Made by a program: the position numbers and the translations under genes
Shown: one piece after another, positions 17,801 through 27,700 of the stretch
Layout of the letters: each line of letters starts with the position of its first letter
Numbering within the stretch: position 1 is the stretch's first letter
Notes under the pieces: generated by a model
Databases searched by the model: none
What the model saw: only the letters and a program-made list of their open reading frames with translations
What the model was told of the DNA's origin: nothing
From: a virus
Virus record (IMG/VR): IMGVR_UViG_3300030202_003282
Span: 1-64,000 of that record
Direction: 5' to 3' (one strand)
DNA length: 64,000 nt

Positions 17801-20800
17801 TGAGAAAAATACACCTGATCCACAAGAAAGATATGACGCAACACCAATTTTTGGTGGAGACAATTATGTAAATAGATTTACAGAAAAAGTCATTATGCCA
17901 ATATTTTCAAACTTTCAATATGATCAACCGGATGAAACACCATTTGATTACTTAAGATATCAAAATATTCCATTGCCAAGATATTGGATGGATACTCAAA
18001 AATATAATGTTAGTAAAGTATTAGAAACATTTACTCAATTTACAGCTACATTAACACCTGGATCTGTAACTAATGCTGGTTCTGATGCATTACCTGGCGG
18101 AATGTTTTATTTAGATAGACCAAGCAATAGTGATTATAATGCATGGGATGCTGTATTTGGTAATTTTGATGCTGATAGAATGCCAATATTTAACATGAAA
18201 AATACATATATGTATACTCATATTAATGGTATTTTAGATTTTTATGTTGAATCTGAAATTAATTTGGCACAAAGAGATTGGGAAGATAATAAATTTAAAA
18301 CTTATCATTATGATAAGGCACTTACTACAGACGTAGATAGTCTGTTTGATGCAGAATTTATTAGAGAAAGTAATTATTATAAATATGATTACTCATTAAG
18401 TGCTGCTAAATTTATAACTAATCTTAGTAGTTTTGGGACAGTACAACCAAGAGATTATGATCCATTAGTAGCAGAAAAATGTTTTCAATATTATCCTAAA
18501 AGATTAATATATTCATTACGAGCTCAACAAGAATCTAAAAAAGATTTTTGGAGAGTTTTTTTACCAGCTAATTATAAAGATTTTAAATCTATAGTTAATA
18601 CTATAAAACCTATAAATCAAACAGGAGCTATTATGTTATTTCCATATGAATCTCCTAAATTATTTAAAGGTGTAGATACTTTACAAACAAGTTTAGATAC
18701 TAAAATTATTATAGGTGATGGTGGATTATTTAATCAAGACCCACAAAACATAGTTAATTCAGATTTATCAAATGAATATGGTTCTTGTGAAAGTGCAAGA
18801 AGTGTTATAAATACACCATTGGGTGTTTTCTTTATATCTCAAGAACAAGGCAAAATATTTCAAACATCAGGTCAAGGTTTAGCACCTATTTCTGATGCAG
18901 GTATGAAATGGTGGTTTAATAAATATTTACCATGTCAATTATTAAAAGAAGTTCCAGAAATAGAAGGTAAACCTATTGTTGATAATCCAGTAATTGGTGT
19001 AGGTTGTCAAACAATTTTTGATCCAACAGATGGAATTGTATATTTCTGTAAAAGAGATTATGCTGTTGTAGAGGAATTTAGTGGTCATATACTATATGAT
19101 GAAGAAGATGGATTTCAATTAAATCTTACCACATATAGTGGTCAATCAGGAGTTCAAAGTTGTCCAGATGGTTATTCATTTAATAGTCAAACAGGAAAAT
19201 GTGAAAAAGCAACATACTCTATGCCAACATTAATAGGAGATAATCAATATGAATGTAATGAGGGAGAAACATTAATTCAAAATTCAGCAGGTCAATGGCT
19301 ATGTGAATTTTTAGATATAATAGATCCAATTATTGATCCCCGTACAATAAGCATTTCATTAGGTGATTCTACTTATTTTACAGATAGTTCATGGACAGTT
19401 AGTTATGATCCTAAAGTTAAAGCTTGGATTTCTTTTCATGATTGGCATCCTGAGTTATGCTTACCAAGCATTAATCATTTTTTAACAACAAAATCAGAAG
19501 ATTTAGAAATTAAATGTGATGAAGGATATACATATAATCCTGCAACAGGAGCATGCGAAAAAGGCACAACATTAGAAGAAGATAAAGATGCAGAAATAAT
19601 AATAGATGAAGTACCTACTGAAGGTGCAACAATAATAGGTTGTCCTGCAGGAGATTTAATATTTACTAAAGATGATGATATAGAAGCTTTAGTAGCAAAT
19701 TGGGATAGATGGTGTCAAACCGCATTTGCAGGAAGAAGAGTACCTGCAGGAGGTGGAACTGTTACATATAGTGATGTAGATCAAACCACTGGTATACCGT
19801 CCGGTGCACCAGGAACATATTTTGATCCTACAAGTTTCTATAATTTAGGAACTTTTAATGTTCCTATGCAAGAAGGTGATAACGTTACTGTAGCTGATGG
19901 TGCCCCTCAAGATGCAGCTAATGCAAATCAAGATTATTGGTGGTATAATTCAGCAATAAATAAATATCTTATTTCTATAAATGTTAGAGGTTTTTCTGCT
20001 ATTGACGCATGGCAATGGGTTACTTTTGATCCAACAGAAAATTCTGGAACTGAAGGAAATCCAACATCTGCAGAATATTTAAGTACAAATCAAACATGGA
20101 ATACAGAACCATTAGGTGGCACTGATTATACTATTGATTCACAAGGAAATGTGATATTAGCAAATATTAAAAATGCAGCATTTCCTAGAAAAGTTAGAAT
20201 GCTAACTAATAGTGGTCTTGTAAATGGATATTGGAGTAAATGTGAATTTGGTAATTATACACATGAAGTAACAGTTAGAAGTAGTAATAGTGATAATGAC
20301 TTTTTAGGTGTAGTGTTAGGAGCTGTTAAAGATATAGATAGTTTATATGGCCCAGAAAATGAAACACATAATTTAATTCTATTGTTTTCAAATGCTTCTG
20401 CAGGTCCTACAGGTAAAGGAACATTAAGTATATATTATAATTATCCAAATAGTGCTTACGGATTTTTAGATCCTGCAGATCCATCAGGAGCCAGAGGTTC
20501 ATTAGTTCATAGAGTAGATTCTCCATTTGATGGTGGTCCTCAAACAGGTCCTGGACAATATCAGACTCAAGGTTCTGTAAGAGTAAAAATAGTAAAAACA
20601 GGAAATGTTTTGGATATTTATCATACAGAGACAATGGGGTCACAATCAAATGCAGCAGTAGCTCCGGGAGGAGTTAATCAATATCCTACAACTCCACAAA
20701 TATCAATTGATTTAACTAATTCTTCAACATGGAATCAAGCTCCTGCATATGCTACAGGAAATGAATTATTAAAATTTCAAAATAATTGTAAAATAGGTTT

Positions 20801-21773
20801 CTTTTCTTTTTCACAGCCATCTTCATTCTTTTATGATATAGCTTTTGAAGGAGAAGTGCAAGGTAGACCTGGATGTGATTGTCCACAAGGATATACTAAA
20901 GTTTGGGAAAATCCTGCAACAGGTTATTATACTGAATCAACAGGATCTTGTCCGGGAGAAATTCCATTAATTTGCAGAAAAGTAGATTGTGATTGTCCTC
21001 CAGATCCATTTGCAAGTGGTGATCCAGGTACTCCTTCAGGATCTTGTGATGATTTATTTCAAGTTGGAGATCCTTCATATGTAAATCCATCACCAAGAAT
21101 TTGTACATATACAAAGGATGATTATGAAAGTTATTTTCCACCTAAATCTGCAGGAAGTATTTGGAGGCATAATGATAGATGTGATGATTTTGCAGGTTAC
21201 TATGGAGTAAGTTATCCTTGGGAAATAGAGTTTGTAGAAAATACTGGTCAAATGGTTAATACATTAAGAAGTATTGAATACCAATTAGAAAGCTTTGTTT
21301 ATAAAGGAGATTTAAGAAATGGTTGTGGAGATGATAGATACCATGATTTATTTTGGAATTTTGATGAAGCTGTAATATATAACACTGAGCAAGTATCTGG
21401 ATTATTAAAATTAAATCTTCAGCCGCAATTAGATCCAATTGGAGCATTAGATTATCCAATATTTAATGCAGCCGATATAGATATTATTTTTAATAAAGTG
21501 GAACAAAAATATAGATTTAATATGTTCTGGGATATTACTAATGATAGAGGTGAATTTTCTAATGCAGAACAGCAAATATGGAATACTCAATTAAACGGGT
21601 ATATAAAAGATTTAAATTTCTTAAATTTAGATTATAATAAACCTGCAGCACAACGTAAAAAGTTTAGACACTATTATAATAAACTTATTTTAAGACGTAG
21701 TACAGAAGGTGAAAGAAACAGAAAAATGCTATTGAAAGTAGCTAATACTAAACTTAATCAATCTTTTAGATAA
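14841..21773 (+). CDS. Tail stabilisation/muzzle protein (P22 gp10-like) with large insertions (2310 aa)
   Basis: NSFVKGMVKD...NAANN...GNEPSN start, LYWDDGNNPSRSMNI, FLRDEQYAFFI, IRHHKFP, PIFGGDNYVNRF, SWTVSYDP..KAWISFHDWHP. Confidence 0.8.
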   Translation: MAKRRKQKEQPPFESNKPKLGNTSSIESNSFVKGMVKDPFPSFEDKQNWTHARNAANNSIDGDLGVIGNEPSNLHCVNVTYTVIGAIHLYQDKWAIFSTDDDNSEIGLFDDSECTYEVLVNDECLNFNRLHLIKGAAKENYDCTWQLYWDDGNNPSRSMNINDIPWKQIVTSPIGADCVIYEDTTDLNCEKIRLAPLVDTPCIKISKGEDGGQLRNGSYQVFIAYTENEQKTTDYIGVSNIQSLWDHMDTACSLNIEISNLDKDFEYYEVVLLSIYAQQTQAKKIGLYSTETTKINIDYVDQALANVSLKLLPLQNPAYERSDDMFVVNDYLIRKGPREQFDFNYQPLANQITAHWVSAAYDADYYYKGGSKPTFLRDEQYAFFIRFIYNTGERSASYHIPGRPPRNATTFPQGVDQYNNVIDEIGIGTGPNQLSSTERNFEIFNTAVETSSGLLGPTDDGGMIIAKGDMAYWESTEKYPSTRPDIWDDLCGKHIRHHKFPTEETSNLVHLSSPGNTKIRLLGVEFKNVARPLFNDGTVIPNIVGFEFLRGTREGNKSILGKGIFRNMRKYVIPEGANNANTGMEGLYPNYPYNDLRSDPYFIQPNANFDNQSKGKDHYGNTFSSFPALDGYKQNVFTFHSPELSFRNPFLNAYETRMYGSVGGKSTGHWVKSEKHPQHKLLRNSGILVSAIFGIGYGLEKMRGRKKKVYDPVKALDIGLNGTFAAGTGYVIAPLTPGGSQVASGLTGIAQSAADIALSAFVDGLIDTIAFPLDIVSGGAATYFTMEAAQGASDVILGAMPGTTGGGSHFEIGGSELKEVPPLFYAISSVMQFLQQSSIGAQKIIDFIYELISVQDYALKYNSHGFYRQYFEGQSGSLFRTKNTASNYINNTFTSFAEGKYKINNLQRPKTVAIETLKNIPDPIQNDYSRIVLGQYGWDNGLLKPGKDRLTNISAHYGAIKFNQDNQYGQLEGVRQIQMRGCVELFPEKNTPDPQERYDATPIFGGDNYVNRFTEKVIMPIFSNFQYDQPDETPFDYLRYQNIPLPRYWMDTQKYNVSKVLETFTQFTATLTPGSVTNAGSDALPGGMFYLDRPSNSDYNAWDAVFGNFDADRMPIFNMKNTYMYTHINGILDFYVESEINLAQRDWEDNKFKTYHYDKALTTDVDSLFDAEFIRESNYYKYDYSLSAAKFITNLSSFGTVQPRDYDPLVAEKCFQYYPKRLIYSLRAQQESKKDFWRVFLPANYKDFKSIVNTIKPINQTGAIMLFPYESPKLFKGVDTLQTSLDTKIIIGDGGLFNQDPQNIVNSDLSNEYGSCESARSVINTPLGVFFISQEQGKIFQTSGQGLAPISDAGMKWWFNKYLPCQLLKEVPEIEGKPIVDNPVIGVGCQTIFDPTDGIVYFCKRDYAVVEEFSGHILYDEEDGFQLNLTTYSGQSGVQSCPDGYSFNSQTGKCEKATYSMPTLIGDNQYECNEGETLIQNSAGQWLCEFLDIIDPIIDPRTISISLGDSTYFTDSSWTVSYDPKVKAWISFHDWHPELCLPSINHFLTTKSEDLEIKCDEGYTYNPATGACEKGTTLEEDKDAEIIIDEVPTEGATIIGCPAGDLIFTKDDDIEALVANWDRWCQTAFAGRRVPAGGGTVTYSDVDQTTGIPSGAPGTYFDPTSFYNLGTFNVPMQEGDNVTVADGAPQDAANANQDYWWYNSAINKYLISINVRGFSAIDAWQWVTFDPTENSGTEGNPTSAEYLSTNQTWNTEPLGGTDYTIDSQGNVILANIKNAAFPRKVRMLTNSGLVNGYWSKCEFGNYTHEVTVRSSNSDNDFLGVVLGAVKDIDSLYGPENETHNLILLFSNASAGPTGKGTLSIYYNYPNSAYGFLDPADPSGARGSLVHRVDSPFDGGPQTGPGQYQTQGSVRVKIVKTGNVLDIYHTETMGSQSNAAVAPGGVNQYPTTPQISIDLTNSSTWNQAPAYATGNELLKFQNNCKIGFFSFSQPSSFFYDIAFEGEVQGRPGCDCPQGYTKVWENPATGYYTESTGSCPGEIPLICRKVDCDCPPDPFASGDPGTPSGSCDDLFQVGDPSYVNPSPRICTYTKDDYESYFPPKSAGSIWRHNDRCDDFAGYYGVSYPWEIEFVENTGQMVNTLRSIEYQLESFVYKGDLRNGCGDDRYHDLFWNFDEAVIYNTEQVSGLLKLNLQPQLDPIGALDYPIFNAADIDIIFNKVEQKYRFNMFWDITNDRGEFSNAEQQIWNTQLNGYIKDLNFLNLDYNKPAAQRKKFRHYYNKLILRRSTEGERNRKMLLKVANTKLNQSFR

Positions 21774-24700
21774 TGGGAAAAAGAATAGGATTAAAAGGAG
21801 GACCAAATTACATGGTCAAAGATCAACAAGGTCAATGGAAATACCCTGGTCAAAATACACGTATAGAAGGTAATGATGTTACAATGAAAGGTGTGCCATA
21901 TCCTGTATGGGCTCAACCAAATGTAGGACCACCAACATTAATGAATCCCGGTAAAGATTATTATTTTCCTAATGCAGACTATGTAGATGAATTTCCAATA
22001 CCCTCATATCAAACTAAAGGAGAAGTAAACAATGAACCTACTAGGGTAGAAACAGGTACGTACAATTATAACTTTGATAAGTCTCCTGCAGAAATGGAAG
22101 CAGAATTTTTTGCTAATGTTAATAGTTATGATGATCAAGGTAATCCTTTAGACAAAAGTGGAAATCCTATAACACATAGTAATTCTCAATACTTGCGTTA
22201 TATTGCTGCTCAAAATTTAAAAGATAAAAATACACAAGCAACTCAAGATAAAGAAAGTTATGTTCAAGAAAAAAGATTCCAAGAAGCTGCACCTAATTGG
22301 ATGGCAGATAAAGGTATAAATCCTAACACTGGCAAACCTTATACAGTAGAAGAATTTAGAGCATTAAATGAATCAGGGCAATTAAGAAATTATATTATAG
22401 GTGATAATGGAGAACGTATATTTGTAGGAAATAATCTTGATGAAGTTGAAATAGAACACGTTACTAAAGAAACACAGAAAGAAAGAGACAGAAAACAAAA
22501 TTCTTTTAATTGGCTAGAAAGAAAAGAAAAAGACGGATTCTTTGAAGATAAATATAAAGCATGGAATACTTTAAGTAACAGTACAAAAGAAACTTTAATA
22601 GAATTTCATAACCCATATAGTGGTTTTTATGGTAATTCTGCAAGACATAACCAAAACCCTATTTATAAGCAAGCTATATTAAAAGGTGTTAATGGAGAAG
22701 ATTATATGGATAATTATGGACAACAAATAACTGATGCCATAGTTAAACCAGGCATGGCTGTTGCAGCTCTTCCATTAATTGCATCTACATTACCTTATGT
22801 GGGAGCTGTAGGTAGTGAACTATATGGTGGTGTAGTAAGTCCACTTTTAAATACTAAAATAGCAGGAGATATAACTGTAGGAGGTGCAATGGATGCTTAT
22901 GGTTTATATCACGGAGCTACACATTTACCGGGGGATGTTCAAAAGATGTATAATGATCCAAGTTGGGGTAATGCATTAGATATAGGAATAGATGCATTAG
23001 GTATAGGTGCTGGTGCATATACAACAGGTAAACAAATTATACCAAGTATTAAAAAAGGATATAATACAGTTGCTACTGGAAACTCTCCGTTACCTATTGC
23101 ATGGAAATCTGGATTAAATGAAGGAAATATTAATGCAGCTTATCAAGGTTCTAAAAACTTTGATGCTTTAAAAGGTGCTAATTTAACTGATGATGAAGCA
23201 GCAATTGTCCGTCAATATTTACATAGTCCACAGAAAATGTCTGAAATAGATAGAGCTGCGTTTAATAAAATAGTTCAAGATAATAAGTTAACAGATCAAA
23301 TGATAAACAGTCCTGTATCTAGAATACAAAATTATCATATACCAGGGGATGATGTTCCAACTTCATGGGGAAGTAAATTTAATTTTGATAGACCTGTATC
23401 ATGGAGTGTTGGATCTAAATGGGATGGAGCAGGGTATAATGGTGTTGGCAATCAAAGAATAGTTATACCTGAAAAATATGCTAATCAACTAGGATCAGAG
23501 TTTTTTAAAGTACCTATTTCTGAAAATAAAAATTTACAACATTTAATAGAAAATACTAATGTTGGAAGTTTTAAAGATCCACGTTTTCAAAAAGTAAACC
23601 GTCTTTTAGATGAAAAAGAATTAATTGGAAATCCAAATTTTAAAGTTATTGGTACAGATAATACAGGACACTTTAATGATATTATTGTAAAACCAATTAA
23701 AACAAATAAAACTAAAACTAATTGGACAAAACCTACTAAAGATTATTTAAAAAAGGAGTATGATATAGAAATACGCAAAAAAGGATTAACTGATTTAATC
23801 AGTGAAGAAGAATTTATTACACAAGGTTTAAATGCTCCTGTACAAAGTATTAATAATACATCATCTATACGTAACCGTACTTTTAATAAAACTAGAGAAG
23901 AAATTATTAATCAATCACAAAATTATAAATCATGGCCAGAATTTAGAAATGAAGGAACAATAGATGATATTTATACAGGTTTTAAAAAAGGCAATCCAAT
24001 GAAACCTATAATATTAATGGATCAAGGTACAGACGGTACTAGAATAATTTCTGGAAATACTAGATTAAATGTTGCTGAACAATTAAATAAATCTCCTTTT
24101 GCTATAACTCTTAAAGGCAATAAGCCTAAAGGTGTAAGTGATCTTATTACAGACAAATCAGATGAATTTGGAGATATTGTTGAAGTTCTTACAGCAGATG
24201 GTAGTAAAAAATTAATGAGTAAAAAAGATGCATTAAAATTTTCAAGAATAGAAGATGCTAATTTAAATCAAAATCTTATAAATAAATCAAATGAATATGA
24301 AATGGGTAACTGGTTTAATATAGGTTTAGATGATGCTAGCAGTCAAATGTATTATTTAAGAAATACTAAAGATGCTTTAAAAGGTCCCGGTAATTCATTA
24401 ACCCCAGAAGCTAATAGAAGACTTATAAGTGGTTTTATAGATCCTGCAGATGCAGAAATGCTTAATGTTGCAAATAGTACTGAAAGAGCTAAAACTCTTA
24501 GTGGGGGTATTGATAATACACCATTATCAAATGAATATATTTTTCCACCTACTTTAGTAGAAAAAATGAGAAAAGGTGTAGGTTCTGGATATACAACAAC
24601 AACTGGTGATTTTAAGACAATATTAAAAAATTTATCTGATTTTGAAAATCTTAAAAATGGTGGACAATTACCAAAAGCACAAAACGGTAAAGAGCCTATT

Positions 24701-27700
24701 AGAGTAAAAGATGCATTAGATCCAAGATATATAGAATATATGGATAGGCTAGCTCTATCTAAAAAATTTACAGGAGATGAAGGTTTTGTAAAAGATCCTA
24801 ATTCTAATTTTTTTATAAAAAATGATATTAAATATGAAATAACGGATCAAGCAGGTATTGATGAAGCTATAGAATATTCAAAAAATCAACCTCAATGGTG
24901 GTTTGATGAAGCAGCTCATAAAAAAGATAAAGCTGCTGGAAATGCAAAGTCTTTAAATGATTATGTACAGGATAAAGGTTCTCAATATGCACATTTTGGA
25001 AGAAATAGATATGGCTATTCAGATAAGATACATCCTTCTATAAAACCTACGGATACAACACTCTATAGAGCTGTAGAACCAAACGAAATGTATGTATACA
25101 AAACAACTAAGGGAAAAAATAAAAAAGATTTTACCACAATGCAATGGCCTAATCATCATGTTTATAAATATGCAGCTCCTGAAAGAGAAGTGATAATTGA
25201 TCCAGAATATATACCTGAAGGATATTCATATAAAGTAGATAATAGTAGAGATGGGGATGTAAATGATTACTTCAAAGAAAATAAAAGAATTACTAGAGAA
25301 GACTGGATAAAAGCTACTGAATATAATCCTGCAAAACATAAACAAATACAAAGAGAAGAAGAAAGACGTGTAGAGATTCCTGAGTTTGTATACGGAGGAC
25401 AATTACCAAAAGCTCAAGATGGAAAGTTTATAAAAAACGCATCTGAAATATTATCTAAAGCAGTTCCACCTGCACCAGCAACAACAAAAGCAATGGAGGA
25501 AATGAAACTCATTCAAAGAATGATAGAACAAAGAGATAATACTATACCTCAAGAAATGCTGGTAAGACAAGCTTTTAAAGAATCTACATTTAATCCAGAT
25601 GCAGTTTCTTCAGCAGGTTATAAAGGAATGAGTCAATTAGGAGATGCTGTTATTAGTGATTATAAAAATGCTACAGGGGCAACAGAAATTGATCCTTTTG
25701 ATCCTGAAGATGCCGCTAAAGTACAAAAGTGGTATATGGATAATTTATATAATTCTAGTTTTGTAAATAAACCCAATCAATCTGCTGTAGTAAGAAAGGC
25801 AAAAGCATTTGGTGCTTATAATTGGGGAAGGGGTAATATGGCTGACTTTTTAAATGAGCAAAAGGAAAAAGGTGTAGATATATATAGTGATGATATGAAA
25901 TGGTTAGAATCATTACCAACAGAAACTAAAGATTACATTAACAAGATAGTTTTAGAAAATAATGAAAAGTTTGAAAAAGAATATTTAGATTCTAAACATG
26001 ATAGTATTAACAAAACATATTATAATTCATTATTTGAATTTCCAAAAAGACAATTTGGAGGAGAAGAAAAATCAGATAGTGTATATGTTTCACAAGGTGA
26101 AATAGGACCTAGAATAGCTTCTAAATTTGGAATTACAATACAAGAATTATTAGATGCTAATCCTGGAATTAATCCAATGATGATTGCTAAAGGTACTTCA
26201 ATAAATATTCCTGGAATGGGATCATCAATTCAACAACCAATTGTTGAAGAGGTAGTAACACCAGTTGCACAACCTGTTGTAACACCATCTGTTCAGCCTG
26301 CAGCACCTGTTGTAACACCTGTTGTAACACCGCCTGTACAACAAACTGTACAAAAACCTATTGTAAAAAGTAAACCACAACCTGTTGTAAATACCCAAAA
26401 TAAAATCACTTCAGTAAATACACCAATAGAACCTGTAATTACTCAACAACAAAATAAACCTGTAAATCCAAAAGCAATAATAAAAGCAGGAACAATAGGA
26501 CCAGTAGAAACAAATGAAATAGAAACAAATGAAGCAACATCAGTAATAAAAGGTGGGCTAACGGCAGGTTCAGGAAAACTTTTACCTGAAATAGATTTTA
26601 CACAATATGAATATAAAGCATTTCCATCAAGTACTGGTGTAGTTGCAGCATCTGCACCCACAGAACTATATAATCCATTTGCATCTGTTTATGATTCAAA
26701 TCCAGTAACAGGAGATAATACAACAGTTTTTATAAATGACAGTTTAACTTTAGGAGAGCAACATAATGCATATAATCCTAATAAATTGGAATCTGATCAT
26801 AAAAAAGAACAAGGCTGGTTTGAAAAGATGGGACATTGGTATGATGATAAGATGGATAATTTACATAGAGGTTGGGTACAACATATGGATGGTGATGTTT
26901 ATAATACAGAAGAAGTTAATGTTAACATTGATCTTGAAGAAGAACCAGAAGGATTTGGAGTACTTAAATCTAGTACAAACAAAGGAGGTGTTGATGGAAT
27001 ATCAGGAGCAGCAGCTTCAACAGTATCAGCAGCAATTGAAGAAACTAAACCGACTACTACAGTAGATAATATAAAACCTGTATTTAAAAATTTAGGAACT
27101 GTTAATGATAGTAAAGGAAAATTAATGATGTTTCAAAATTCATTTAATGCAAAAAAAGGTTTTAATTATGTTCCTATAATGAATTATGGTAAATCAACAA
27201 ATAGTACTCAATATGATAATGTTAAAGGAATTGCACATTTTTTATTAGATTCTGATTTAACAGATGGATATAAACATGAGTATGCTTCAAATATGATTAA
27301 AAATCAATTAGATGGAATTTCTGTAGCACCAGGATCAACCGTAAAAGATGGTTATTATCCTATATATGAAAAGTTAGATAATGGTCAAGTTAATATAAAA
27401 TATTTAAAAAAAGATGAAATAAAAGATTATACTTCTATTGCTTCACCATTACGTCAATATAGATGGTCTGATTTAGATTGGGAAGGTAAAACAACAGCTC
27501 AAGGATTTAAAACAACAGTATCATCAATACCTACTGTTAAAAGTTATACTGCAAATGGAAAAAAATCTAATTCAACTCACTTAATATTTCCTACAAGTAA
27601 AGATAGAGGGGGTAAAGGAGCATACGGTAGATTTGGTGGAACAGGTGTTATTTTCTTTATAGAAAAACCCAATGGTCAAAGAGAAGCTATAGAAATGGCT

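Noticed and set aside
6679-21773. Diversity-generating retroelement targeting fibre or muzzle genes
   Set aside because: No reverse transcriptase in the window and no ~100-bp repeat pair differing only at adenines noticed; the C-terminal repeats at 9709-10080 are diverged protein repeats
26255-26470. Repeated CCTGTTGTAACACC-like units resembling a CRISPR or tandem array
   Set aside because: Short, irregular and in frame; they encode the PVVTP linker after LysM, with no constant repeat-spacer periodicity
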